Shown: piece by piece, positions 9,154 through 18,898 of the stretch
How the letters are laid out: every line of letters starts with the position of its first letter
Position numbering within the stretch: the stretch's first letter is position 1
Source: a virus
Lineage: Duplodnaviria > Caudoviricetes
Length of the DNA: 41,854 nucleotides
IMG/VR virus record: IMGVR_UViG_3300035135_000663
Location: 1 to 41,854 of that record
Reading direction: 5' to 3' (one strand)
Position numbers and translations under genes: made by a program
Notes under the pieces: generated by a model
What the model saw: the letters and a program-made list of their open reading frames with translations, nothing else
Told to the model about the DNA's origin: nothing
Database searches by the model: none

Positions 9154-10064
9154 TGGCAGTTTCAGCATGGGCCGCTTCTACTGCATTTTCTGTTGGTGAC
9201 ATCCGCAGGGCAGTAACTGATCAGGCGACTGGCCTGTGGTTCCGCTGCACAGTTGCTGGAACGTCAGGTGGCAGCGAACCAAACTGGCCAACCGAAAGCG
9301 GGAATACAACTGAAGACAACACAGTTACCTGGACAGCTTTTCCAAGCGTTTACGAAGAGCTAAGCGTTCTCAACCCCAGCGCAATTATCGAGCTGTTTGA
9401 GTTGCGTCTAGATAATAACTTGCACGGCAGCTCTGACATTTTGCGCTGGCACTCAGGAATAAACGAGGCTGTAACTGGCAACATCGTGTGGAACGGGGAG
9501 ACGTACCAGCGTGTACCCGTAATGGCTGAAGGGTTTGAGTACAAAAACACTGGAACGTTGCCACGTCCAACGCTTACTGTCGATAACTCAAGCAGTTTGA
9601 TTACAGCCCTGCTTCTAGTCGTTAATGCCACGACGGTTGGCAATGACTTGGCAGGCGCAGAGGTTCGTCGCATCCGCACACTCAAGAAGTTTCTCGATGC
9701 AGCAAACTTTTCAGGAGGGAACAGCGATGCTGACCCTTACGCTGCGTTTCCCGAGGAGCGATGGTTTATTGATCGTAAAGCAGCTGAGAATCGCAACATC
9801 GTTTCTTTTGAGTTGGCGTCAAAGTTTGATGTGGCTGGGCAAAAGCTGCCTAAACGTCAGTGCATTGCCAATATCTGCCAGTGGGAATACCGCAGCAGCG
9901 AATGCGGTTACACCGACAGCAACTTTTTTGATGTGAACGACAACGCTGCAGCCAGCCTTGCTCAAGATCGTTGCGGCAAGCGTCTTAGTTCTTGCAAGTT
10001 GCGATTTGGGGAAACTGACCCGTTGCCGTTTGGATCGTTTCCCAGTGTTGGTTTGACCCAATGA
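9153..10064 (+). CDS. Tail tip protein, lambda gpL-like, with N-terminal extension
   Basis: IELFEL, LPRPTLTV, VRRIRT..KFLD, CQWEYRSSECGY, DRCGKRLSSC, LPFGSFP (Fe-S cysteines). Confidence 0.92.
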   Translation: MAVSAWAASTAFSVGDIRRAVTDQATGLWFRCTVAGTSGGSEPNWPTESGNTTEDNTVTWTAFPSVYEELSVLNPSAIIELFELRLDNNLHGSSDILRWHSGINEAVTGNIVWNGETYQRVPVMAEGFEYKNTGTLPRPTLTVDNSSSLITALLLVVNATTVGNDLAGAEVRRIRTLKKFLDAANFSGGNSDADPYAAFPEERWFIDRKAAENRNIVSFELASKFDVAGQKLPKRQCIANICQWEYRSSECGYTDSNFFDVNDNAAASLAQDRCGKRLSSCKLRFGETDPLPFGSFPSVGLTQ

Positions 10065-10774
10065 CGTTACCGCCAACGATCAAGGAACAGATCCTGCAGC
10101 ACGCACAGGCTGAGCAGCCAAAAGAGTGTTGTGGGCTTGTCTGTGTTGTCAAAGGTCGGCGGCGTTATTTCCCTTGTCGCAACCTGGCGGCAACGCCAGA
10201 CGAGCATTTTGTGATGGATCCGTTGGACTATGCCAACGCCGAGGATCATGGCGAGATTGTTGCCGTCATTCACTCGCATCCAACGATGAATCCAAAGCCA
10301 TCAGAGGCTGATCTCGTTGCTTGCGAAAAGACTGGCGTTCCATGGCACATCGTTAATCCGTTGACTGGGGAGTGGGGCTACTGCGAGCCGTCTGGATATG
10401 AACTGCCTTATGTGGGCAGAGTGTTCGCTCATGGTGTGGTGGATTGCTACAGCCTGTGCCGTGATTGGTACGCGAGGGAATGGGGCTTGCAGCTGAGAGA
10501 TTATGACCGTCGAGACCAGTGGTGGGAGCATGGTGAGAACCTGTATTTAGAAAACTTCCGTAACGAGGGTTTTCGCGAGATTCCGATTGAAGAGCTGCAA
10601 TGCGGTGATGCGTTATTGATGCAGTTATCTTCTCCCGTTCCAAATCATGCTGCGATCTATCTAGGAGATCAGCAAGTGCTGCATCATGTGCAGGGCAGGC
10701 TGTCTAGCCGTGATGTTTACGGCGGTTATTATTGGAAGAACACTGCCTGCGCCTTGAGGCATGAAAGTCGTTAA
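10061..10774 (+). CDS. Tail tip assembly protein, lambda gpK-like (JAB + NlpC/P60)
   Basis: PKECCG, HSHP....PS..D; DCYSL, NHAAIYLG, LHH. Confidence 0.92.
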   Translation: MTLPPTIKEQILQHAQAEQPKECCGLVCVVKGRRRYFPCRNLAATPDEHFVMDPLDYANAEDHGEIVAVIHSHPTMNPKPSEADLVACEKTGVPWHIVNPLTGEWGYCEPSGYELPYVGRVFAHGVVDCYSLCRDWYAREWGLQLRDYDRRDQWWEHGENLYLENFRNEGFREIPIEELQCGDALLMQLSSPVPNHAAIYLGDQQVLHHVQGRLSSRDVYGGYYWKNTACALRHESR

Positions 10775-11426
10775 GGTTTACGGCGCACTTCGCGAGCTGC
10801 TTGGTCAGTGTCGTTTTGAGCTTGATGTAGTTACGCCAGGGCAGGCGATCAAAGCATTGTGCGTCAACTTCCCGCAGCTGGAGCGGTGGTTGCTGAATAG
10901 CGAAAAAGATGGCGTTGCTTATCGCGTGACGGTAGGCAAGCAAAAGGCGACAGAAGAGGACGTAAGCCCGTTGCTGTTGCCGTTTGGCAGCCGAGAGGTT
11001 TTTAGCATCACCCCTGTGATCACTGGTGCGGGTCGGGGTCTTGGAACGGTGTTGCTTGGTGCGGCATTGATTGGTGTAGCAATTTTCTCTGCAGGTGCTG
11101 GATTTTCTTTAGCTGCTGGCGGTTTTACAACTACAGGTGTTGCTGCTTCAGGAGCCGTTGGTGTCATTGCTCCAGGCTTTGCCGCTGCAAGTGGTCTTGC
11201 GGCTATTGCTGGCAACATTGGTATCGGTTTGGTGCTAACGGGTGTCGCACAAATGCTTTCACCAACGCCGAGCGCACCAACCTTTCAAGATGCACAAACG
11301 CTTGAGTCTTTCTCGTTTAGCGGGATTGTGAACACAGCCCGTCAAGGCGGTCCAGTTCCTATCGTTCTTGGCCGCGCCTACGCTGGCAGCGTGGTGATCT
11401 CTAGTGGTCTGGACGTAGAGCAATGA
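10761..11426 (+). CDS. Tail assembly protein, lambda gpI-like
   Basis: VKVYGAL, PVITGAG, VAQMLSP, SFSFSGIVNTARQGGPVPIVLG. Confidence 0.9.
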   Translation: MKVVKVYGALRELLGQCRFELDVVTPGQAIKALCVNFPQLERWLLNSEKDGVAYRVTVGKQKATEEDVSPLLLPFGSREVFSITPVITGAGRGLGTVLLGAALIGVAIFSAGAGFSLAAGGFTTTGVAASGAVGVIAPGFAAASGLAAIAGNIGIGLVLTGVAQMLSPTPSAPTFQDAQTLESFSFSGIVNTARQGGPVPIVLGRAYAGSVVISSGLDVEQ

Positions 11427-14400
11427 TTGAAAAGCCTGTTGTCGGTAGTGGTGGTGGCGGCGGTGGTAAAGGCGGTGGCGGTGGTGGCGGTGGTACGCCT
11501 ACTGAAGATCCAGACACTCTTCAGTCAACACAATATGCGCGTGTTCTTGACCTAATTAGTGAAGGCGAGATTGATGGCATCGAAGATGGGCAAAAAGGTG
11601 TATTCCTTGATGGAACGCCAGTACAAAGCTCCAGTGGTAGCAACAATTTCAAGGGCTATACATTTGCTACACGAAATGGCACGCAGGATCAAACATACAT
11701 TCCAGATTCGTTAGGCCCTCAATCTGAAAAAGCGGTTGGTATTGAGGTCTTAAAGGACACGCCAGAAACACGCACGATCACTGACACTGATGTGGATCGG
11801 GTTAGGGTTACCATCCAAATTCCTCAGCTTCAAAAAATTGAAGATGATGGGGACATAAAGGGAACGTCAGTACAAATCCAGATACAAGTTCAATACAACG
11901 GTGGCGGTTACTCAACTGTTGTAAATAACACTATCAAAGGCAAAAGCAGTAGCAACTATCAGAAGGATTACATGATCACCCTTGCAGGATCGTTTCCTGT
12001 AGACATTCGCGTTGAACGCATCACAGCTGATAGCTCAAGCACAAAATTAGCTAACAGCACTGTTTGGCAAAGCTATACCGAGATTATTGATGAAAAGTTT
12101 CGTTATCCAAATAGCGCACTTTGTTTCCTTAAGTTTGATGCACGTCAGTTCCGCAGCATCCCGCAGCGTAAATATCTTGTTCGTGGAATCAAGGTCAGGA
12201 TTCCCCACAATGCAACTGTAGACACCACAACGCATTTAGGTCGAATCACATATAGCGGCCTATTCAATGGAACGCTTGGTGCTGCCACATGGACGAACGA
12301 TCCAGCCTGGCTGTTGTTTGACTTGTTGACGAACACTAGGTACGGGGCTGGTATCCCTGAATCCAGCTTGGATGTCTTTGATTTTTACAGCATCAGCCAA
12401 TACTGCAATACGCTTGTCAACAATGGCAAGGGCGGGCAAGAGCCAAGATTCTCTTGCAACATGGTTATCAATACACGGAAAGAGGTATATTCAGTAATCC
12501 AAGAGCTAACAAACCTGTTTCGAGGCATCAGCTACTACGGTGCTGGAGCGTTGGTTCTTAATCAAGACAGGCCAGCAGATTCCAGCTATCAGATCGGACC
12601 GTCCAACGTTATCAATGGCGAGTTCTTGTATTCAGGCACTGCCCTGAAGACTCGTCATACTTGTGCAACTGTTGCCTATCAAAGCTACGAAGACTTAGGT
12701 GAAGTCAAGTACGAATACGTTGAGATTGCAGATCAAGTTTCTAAATATGGCGTTGTCAATAAAGAGGTTCGTGCGATTGGCTGTTATTCGCAAGGTCAAG
12801 CGCACAGGCTCGGCAAGTGGCTGCTTTTAGCTGAAGCCAGCCTGACTGACACAGTTACGTTTTCTGTGTCAATGGAAAGCGGTCTGATTCTGCGCCCTGG
12901 AACGGTAATTGACATTGCCGATCCAGTTAAGTCTGGAACGCGGCGAAGCGGACGAATCAGCTCTGCCACTACAACGCAGATAACGATTGACAGCACTACA
13001 GATTTAGCGGTGACGCTGACTGAATCACCAACCATCTCGGTGATGATGCCTACAGGCTTGGTTGAAACAAGAGGCATCGATGCTATTGCCGGTGCTGTGG
13101 TTACAGTCAGCAGTCCGTTCTCTGAGGCACCCAACGCTCAATCTGTTTTCCTGATTCAAACCAACGATGTTCAATCAAATCAGTTCCGCGTCATCAACGT
13201 TGTAGAAGTAGAGGGTGATGGAACGTATGCCGTTACTGCGCTTCAGTACAACGAATCCATTTATAACGCTGTTGAAGAAGATCTTGACCTCACTCAGCGA
13301 GACATCAGCAGTCTCAGTGCCGCGCCTGACCCGGTAACGAACATCACCGGCAGCGAATATCTATACCAAGAGGGTCAAGGCGTACACGTTGGATTTAGCC
13401 TGAGCTGGACCTCACCGTCCCAAGGGGTTAGTGAGTACCAAGTTGCATACAGGGTTGATGACGATAACTACACGGAAATCACAACCTTGTCGCCATCAGC
13501 AAGCTTGCTTTCGCTAAAGCCAGGGACACTGCAGGTCAAAATCAACTCTCTTAACTTCATTGGCAAAAGCAGCACGATTGCAGAAGCTGAGTTCAACATT
13601 CTTGGGAAAACGGCACTGCCAGCAAATGTTCAAAACCTTTCCATTGAGTTCATCTCTGCCAACAGCGCACGCCTTAAGTGGGACCAGACAGTTGACCTTG
13701 ACGTGAAAGTCGGCGGCAAGGTTCATGTTCGCCATAGCGCCCTAACTGACGGCAACGCAACGTTCTCAAATAGCGTTGACCTAATCAACGCCATCCCTGG
13801 TTCATCAACTGATGTTGTTGTCCCTTTACTGGAGGGCGAATACATCGTCAAGTTTGCTGACGACGGTGGCAGGCTCAGCCCTGACGACACCAGCGTGATT
13901 GTTGACCTGCCTGATTCGCTGGGCAAGTTGATTGCCAAGAATCACCGGGAAGATCAACAGACTCCGCTTCCGTTCCAAGGCACGCACGTTGACACGTTCT
14001 ATAGCGATCAGTACGACGCCCTAACGCTTGATGGTGATGACCTGATCGACAGCGTTGCGGACTTTGATGCCATCACGGTGATGGACTTCTTGGGCGACAT
14101 CAAATCGCTTGGCACCTATACATTCTTGGACACCTTGGATCTGGGTCTTGCCCTTGATGCGGTTGAACTTCAGCGGCGTTTTGTCACTCGTGCCTTCCTG
14201 CCTGCAGACACTGTTGATAGCCGGACAGCCTTGATCGACACATGGTCCGATATTGACGGTGCAGCGGTCAACAATGTGAACGCTGAGCTGTATGTGCGTT
14301 CAACAAACGATGACCCCAGCGGTTCACCGACTTACGGCAACTGGATTCCGTTCAATAGCGGTACGTTTAAGGGCCGTGCGTTCCAGTTCAAGGCTGAGCT

Positions 14401-14743
14401 GATCAGCAGCAAGATTGACGAGAACATTTTGGTGGACGAGCTGGGCTACAAGATTGAGCTGAACCCACGCTTCGACCAGTCAAACGCAGCTATCGCTAGC
14501 GGCACGTCTACCAAGTCAGTGACGTTCGAGAAACCGTTTTTCGTTGGAACGGCAACGACTGGCGGCGTCAATGCCTTCTTGCCAAGCGTTGGTATTACGG
14601 TGCAAAACCTAGGTGCTGACGAGCGTTTCAACGTTTCCAACGTCAGCAGCACTGGTTTTGACATTGATGTGCTGAACGCAAGCAACGTCAACGTCGATAG
14701 AAACTTCACCTATACCGCTAACGGGTATGGCAAGGGGCAGTAG
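11423..14743 (+). CDS. Tail tip/central fibre, lambda gpJ-like host specificity protein
   Basis: 1106 aa; GSGGGG..KGGG, LDLISEGEI, YPNSAL, WTNDPAW, EPRFSCN, GQAHRLGKW, FN3-like C-terminal part. Confidence 0.93.
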   Translation: MIEKPVVGSGGGGGGKGGGGGGGGTPTEDPDTLQSTQYARVLDLISEGEIDGIEDGQKGVFLDGTPVQSSSGSNNFKGYTFATRNGTQDQTYIPDSLGPQSEKAVGIEVLKDTPETRTITDTDVDRVRVTIQIPQLQKIEDDGDIKGTSVQIQIQVQYNGGGYSTVVNNTIKGKSSSNYQKDYMITLAGSFPVDIRVERITADSSSTKLANSTVWQSYTEIIDEKFRYPNSALCFLKFDARQFRSIPQRKYLVRGIKVRIPHNATVDTTTHLGRITYSGLFNGTLGAATWTNDPAWLLFDLLTNTRYGAGIPESSLDVFDFYSISQYCNTLVNNGKGGQEPRFSCNMVINTRKEVYSVIQELTNLFRGISYYGAGALVLNQDRPADSSYQIGPSNVINGEFLYSGTALKTRHTCATVAYQSYEDLGEVKYEYVEIADQVSKYGVVNKEVRAIGCYSQGQAHRLGKWLLLAEASLTDTVTFSVSMESGLILRPGTVIDIADPVKSGTRRSGRISSATTTQITIDSTTDLAVTLTESPTISVMMPTGLVETRGIDAIAGAVVTVSSPFSEAPNAQSVFLIQTNDVQSNQFRVINVVEVEGDGTYAVTALQYNESIYNAVEEDLDLTQRDISSLSAAPDPVTNITGSEYLYQEGQGVHVGFSLSWTSPSQGVSEYQVAYRVDDDNYTEITTLSPSASLLSLKPGTLQVKINSLNFIGKSSTIAEAEFNILGKTALPANVQNLSIEFISANSARLKWDQTVDLDVKVGGKVHVRHSALTDGNATFSNSVDLINAIPGSSTDVVVPLLEGEYIVKFADDGGRLSPDDTSVIVDLPDSLGKLIAKNHREDQQTPLPFQGTHVDTFYSDQYDALTLDGDDLIDSVADFDAITVMDFLGDIKSLGTYTFLDTLDLGLALDAVELQRRFVTRAFLPADTVDSRTALIDTWSDIDGAAVNNVNAELYVRSTNDDPSGSPTYGNWIPFNSGTFKGRAFQFKAELISSKIDENILVDELGYKIELNPRFDQSNAAIASGTSTKSVTFEKPFFVGTATTGGVNAFLPSVGITVQNLGADERFNVSNVSSTGFDIDVLNASNVNVDRNFTYTANGYGKGQ

Positions 14744-14769
14744 ACTTAGGGCATAAAAGCAGATTTGTT

Positions 14770-15360
14770 GTGGCCACCCACGATTACAATCTTGCGAATG
14801 CCTCTGGAAGTGCATTCCGTAGTGATCTGAATAATGCGCTGGCGGCGATTGCATCGAACAACAGCAGCTCAACCGATCCAGCGACGACGCTTGCTCACCA
14901 GTGGTATTACGACACTGGCGACACCACGCTCAAGATCAGGAATGCCGCCAACAACGCTTATATCAACGTCAGTACTGTTGGTGGAGCGGAGACAGCCAAC
15001 CTTGGTCTCGCTCCAACAGCAAGCCCGACGTTCACGGGTGATGTGACGATCAGCAGCACAACTGCATTGCGGTTGCCTGTTGGAACGACGGCTCAGCGTT
15101 CTGGCTCTGCTGCTAACGGCGACATCAGGTACAACAGCACATCCTCAAGCTTTGAGGGTTATGCAGGCGGTGCCTGGGGCAGCATCGGTGGTGGTGCGAC
15201 TGGCGCAGGTGGTGACGCCTGCTTCTACGAGAATGACCTAACAGTCACAACCTCATATACCATTACGGCTAACAGCGGTGCCCATGCTGTTGGTCCGTTG
15301 GTGATCAACAGTGGTGTCACCGTCACGGTGCCCGCAACCAGCAATTTAGTAATCAGCTGA
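14770..15360 (+). CDS. Tail fibre/adaptor protein
   Basis: GTG start; FRSDLNNAL, LPVGTTAQR..GDIRYN...FEGY, GGGATGAGGD..FYEN motifs. Confidence 0.75.
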   Translation: MATHDYNLANASGSAFRSDLNNALAAIASNNSSSTDPATTLAHQWYYDTGDTTLKIRNAANNAYINVSTVGGAETANLGLAPTASPTFTGDVTISSTTALRLPVGTTAQRSGSAANGDIRYNSTSSSFEGYAGGAWGSIGGGATGAGGDACFYENDLTVTTSYTITANSGAHAVGPLVINSGVTVTVPATSNLVIS

Positions 15361-15362
15361 TC

Positions 15363-15824
15363 ATGCCAATCACTATTGACGGCGACGGAACAATCACAGG
15401 CGTCTCAGTTGGCGGCTTGCCTGACGGCATCGTCGATACCGACATGCTTGCGGCTGATGCAGTGACAGACGCAAAACAAAGTCTGAGTGGGGCGGCTAAA
15501 GCTTGGGTCAACTTTGATGGCACTGGAACTGTCGCCATCCGTGATTCGTTCAACGTTAGCTCCATTACCGATAATGGAACAGGTTTATACACCTTGAGTT
15601 TCACAAATCCGATGCCAAATGCAAATTATTGCTGGGCAGGATCGGTTGGCAGGACATCAGCTTCTACATCCACGGTAAGTACTATTGAATTACCGGACAA
15701 TGAGGCTTTAAGTACAAATATGACAACTACAAGCCTTAAAATTGATGTAGTTTCTGTAAATAGTGCTGAAAACAGATCAAACGCTGATCGTCAATTTATA
15801 AGCGTTATTGTTTTCGGAGGTTGA
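15363..15824 (+). CDS. Short tail fibre module
   Basis: AAKAWVNFDG..IRDSFNVSSITDNGTGLY fibre-tip motif. Confidence 0.7.
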   Translation: MPITIDGDGTITGVSVGGLPDGIVDTDMLAADAVTDAKQSLSGAAKAWVNFDGTGTVAIRDSFNVSSITDNGTGLYTLSFTNPMPNANYCWAGSVGRTSASTSTVSTIELPDNEALSTNMTTTSLKIDVVSVNSAENRSNADRQFISVIVFGG

Positions 15825-15827
15825 CCC

Positions 15828-16244
15828 ATGAAAATCATTTATGAAAACCCCGATGGCGGCGTTTCAATCGTCATTCCCACAGGTGATGTTCCGATTGAGA
15901 ATCTTCCTGCAAAGCTTGGGCTGACTGATTACGAAATCGTTGCTGACGATGCGATTCCTACGGATCGCACCTTCCGTGGTGCTTGGCGTAAAGACGGCAC
16001 ATCAGTCGTTGAAAACCTTGCGGCAGCTAAAGAAATCGCTCATGCAACCCGCCGCGCTAAGCGTGACGAGGAGTTCAAGCCGCATGACGATGTGATCGCC
16101 AAGCAGATCCCTGGTGCGGATACTGATGCAGCAGAAGCATCACGGGCGACAATTCGCACTAAGTACGCGACAATGCAAACAAGCATCGATGCTGCCAGCA
16201 CTACAGCTGAGATTAAAGTGGCTCTCAACGGAGGTGCAGAATGA
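15828..16244 (+). CDS. Fibre-associated/assembly protein
   Basis: IIYENPDGGVSIVIP, IPTDRTFRGAW, AKEIAH..RR..R motif; follows a fibre module. Confidence 0.65.
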   Translation: MKIIYENPDGGVSIVIPTGDVPIENLPAKLGLTDYEIVADDAIPTDRTFRGAWRKDGTSVVENLAAAKEIAHATRRAKRDEEFKPHDDVIAKQIPGADTDAAEASRATIRTKYATMQTSIDAASTTAEIKVALNGGAE

Positions 16245-16918
16245 CACTCAGACTCAACGGCAGCAGCTCAGGCTTTACTGAGATCAACGCACCTGCAGCA
16301 GCAGGCAGCAACACGCTTGTCCTGCCAACCAGCAACGGCAGCGCCAATCAAGTCTTAAAGAACGGCAGCACTGCTGGAACGCTTGAGTTTGCTGCGATTG
16401 ACAGGGTAAAACGTACCTATAGCGCAGAAGCAAGCATCACCAGTGGAGACACTGAAGTCGAATTTACTGGAATACCTGCAAATTTCTCACGACTTATGCT
16501 GGTTTTTCATGACATCAGTTTTTCTGGTTCGGATCAATTATTAGTGCAAGTAGGACACGCTGGTAGTGGTGGAACGTATTTTACTTCTAGTTATTTGTCT
16601 TACCGTGGTTCCATGGGCACTTCAGCTGTTTCAGGGTCTGGCAGCTTGACGACTGGATTTGCTGCTTTTCTCGGTTCTGCAGTTCAATCTCTTTTTGGCG
16701 TTATGGAAATAATTCCCGACAAGGCAAGCTCACCTACAAGGCTTTACCAAAACCATATGTCGATAAGACAGGACGGTAGTGCTTTGCGATTAGGTGCAGG
16801 TTATTCACCAGACATTAGTGCCGTTACGATTGATCGAATTAAAATGCGGCCTTCTGGTTCAAACACATTTGATGACACTGATGGTCGAGTTAGCCTGATT
16901 ACGGAGGTGATCGAATGA
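16241..16918 (+). CDS. Short tail fibre module
   Basis: LRLNGSSSGFTEINAPAAAGSNTLVLPTSNGSANQVL N-terminus; beta-rich C-domain (FTGIP). Confidence 0.7.
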   Translation: MTLRLNGSSSGFTEINAPAAAGSNTLVLPTSNGSANQVLKNGSTAGTLEFAAIDRVKRTYSAEASITSGDTEVEFTGIPANFSRLMLVFHDISFSGSDQLLVQVGHAGSGGTYFTSSYLSYRGSMGTSAVSGSGSLTTGFAAFLGSAVQSLFGVMEIIPDKASSPTRLYQNHMSIRQDGSALRLGAGYSPDISAVTIDRIKMRPSGSNTFDDTDGRVSLITEVIE

Positions 16919-17205
16919 CCTTGAACAAACGCAGCGTTAATGCCATCACTGGTGAGGTAACAGTCACTCCGTTGTCTGCGGAGGAGATTGCAGAACGCGA
17001 AGCCTATGAACGTGATGTTCAGCCTGGCGTTGATCTTGAGCTGTTGCGTGAAGAGCGCAATCGTCGTCTTGCCGAGACTGACTATCTGGCATTGTCTGAC
17101 GCTACTCTGAGCGAAGACATGCGGACTTATCGCCAAGCGTTGCGGGATCTTCCTGACAACACCAGCGATCCAGCAAACCCAACCTGGCCCGTAAAGCCTT
17201 CCTGA
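16915..17205 (+). CDS. Tail fibre assembly chaperone
   Basis: LREERNRRLAETD...YRQALRDLP...WPVKP signature. Confidence 0.85.
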   Translation: MTLNKRSVNAITGEVTVTPLSAEEIAEREAYERDVQPGVDLELLREERNRRLAETDYLALSDATLSEDMRTYRQALRDLPDNTSDPANPTWPVKPS

Positions 17206-17206
17206 G

Positions 17207-18343
17207 ATGTCAACGATCAAGGTCAACAAGATCGAGAACACCGCCACAGCTGATGGCGGCATCGCTATTGATGCTTCAGGGCACGTCACTGTTGACGGTC
17301 AACAGCTGCCGACTGCTGGAGCGTTGAGCAGCAGACGAATCAACATCAACGGTGCCATGCAAGTGGCGCAGCGGGGGACAGTTGTAAACGCTGGCAATGA
17401 ATATGCTGGGCCAGATAGATTCTTGTTTGCAAAAAATGATGGTGCGTTTACGATTTCACAAAGCACTGATGTCCCTAGTGGACAGGGTTTCAGCAATTCT
17501 TGGAAGGCAGATTGCACTTCAGTATCCGGCACCTCTGGCTCAAATTATGTTATTTTGCAACACAAATTTGAAGGTCAAGACTTACAACATTTGAAAAAAG
17601 GTTCTTCAAATGCCGAGTCAGTGACTTTACAGTTTTGGATTAAAACCAGCAAAACAGGAACATATATTGCTGAGTTGTTTGACAGTGACAACAATCGGCA
17701 AATCTCAAAATCTTATACTGTAAGTAGCGCTGATACTTGGGAGCATAAAACAATTACTTTCCCTGGCGATACATCAGGGGCATTAGACAATGATAACGCT
17801 GAATCGCTTGTCCTTAGTTTATGGTTGTTTGCTGGAAGTAGCTACACTTCTGGAACTTTGTCAACAACTTGGACGTCACTAGCCGATGCTGATCGTGCTG
17901 TAGGTCAGGTCAATGCAGGTGATAGCACTACTAATAACATTTATATCACTGGCGTCCAACTAGAAGTTGGCGAGAAGGCGACACCGTTTGAGCACAAGAG
18001 TTTCAGCCAAGAGCTAAACGACTGCCTTCGTTATTTCGAGAAATCTTATAACTATGGAACCGCCCCTGGGACAGTAACAGACGTTGGCATGATTGCTCTT
18101 AGGAAATCTTCTACCGAAAGCACTATTTACGACATAAACTTGATGTATACACACAAAAGAGCTGCCCCTACCGTTGTGCTTTATTCTCCAGGCTCAGGGT
18201 CATCAGGAAAAGCAGAGGTAGAAGCGGCTGATGAAACAGCGCAAGGAAGTGATATTGGCGAAAACAACGCCAGAGTCACAGGCACTAGCCAGGGCTCTGG
18301 TCAATACATAAGAGTCCACTACACTGCCGACGCGGAGCTTTGA
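17207..18343 (+). CDS. Tail fibre protein with carbohydrate-binding-like domain
   Basis: STIKVNKI; RRININGAMQVAQRG, PDRF, ITGVQLEVG..ATPFEH, EL..CLRYFEKSY. Confidence 0.8.
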   Translation: MSTIKVNKIENTATADGGIAIDASGHVTVDGQQLPTAGALSSRRININGAMQVAQRGTVVNAGNEYAGPDRFLFAKNDGAFTISQSTDVPSGQGFSNSWKADCTSVSGTSGSNYVILQHKFEGQDLQHLKKGSSNAESVTLQFWIKTSKTGTYIAELFDSDNNRQISKSYTVSSADTWEHKTITFPGDTSGALDNDNAESLVLSLWLFAGSSYTSGTLSTTWTSLADADRAVGQVNAGDSTTNNIYITGVQLEVGEKATPFEHKSFSQELNDCLRYFEKSYNYGTAPGTVTDVGMIALRKSSTESTIYDINLMYTHKRAAPTVVLYSPGSGSSGKAEVEAADETAQGSDIGENNARVTGTSQGSGQYIRVHYTADAEL

Positions 18344-18345
18344 TT

Positions 18346-18507
18346 ATGTACAAACAACTTAGAAATCTCGACACAAACGAAGTTCAAACAAACTGCATTT
18401 GCAGAGTTTCTGACGGTGCGACCATTCCGTTTGACTCTGGCAATAGGGATTATCAGGAGTACCTTGCGTGGGTCGCTGAAGGCAACACGCCTGACCCTGC
18501 CGATTAA
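18346..18507 (+). CDS. 53-aa fibre-associated protein (not in ORF track)
   Basis: MYKQL...IPFDSGNRDYQEYLAWVAEGNTPDPAD*; motif usually follows this fibre type. Confidence 0.8.
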   Translation: MYKQLRNLDTNEVQTNCICRVSDGATIPFDSGNRDYQEYLAWVAEGNTPDPAD

Positions 18508-18556
18508 CTTGGCTAGCCGCTGCCGCTTCCGATAGACTCAACCCAGGAGGTGCGTT

Positions 18557-18898
18557 ATGGCTGTCGCTCCAGGTACTTACAACTTCACGCTGCAGCGTCG
18601 GGCGGACTATTCGCTTGACTTGCAGTTCAAGGACAGCAATGACGCTGTAATTGACTTGACGGGATATACCGTTTACGCACAGGCTTGGAACGAAGGACGC
18701 ACCACAAAGTCAGCTGACTTCACGGTGACTTATACCAATCGCAGCAACGGGCAAATCAGTTTGAGCCTGACCGACACGCAAACGGCTGAGTTCCCTGATG
18801 AGTTGCGGTACGACGTGTTACTTGAAGACTCAGGCGGCAATCGCGAGTACTACTTAGAAGGAACAATTTTTGTCAGCCAAGGCTATACGTCGCCATGA
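18557..18898 (+). CDS. Tail fibre attachment/adaptor (Ig-like) protein
   Basis: AGGAGG RBS; IDLTGYTVYAQ, GQISLSLT, YDVLL, YYLEG. Confidence 0.7.
   Translation: MAVAPGTYNFTLQRRADYSLDLQFKDSNDAVIDLTGYTVYAQAWNEGRTTKSADFTVTYTNRSNGQISLSLTDTQTAEFPDELRYDVLLEDSGGNREYYLEGTIFVSQGYTSP

Noticed and set aside
11449-11493. GGT/GGC microsatellite-like run
   Set aside because: Encodes the usual Gly-rich N-terminus of gpJ-like proteins
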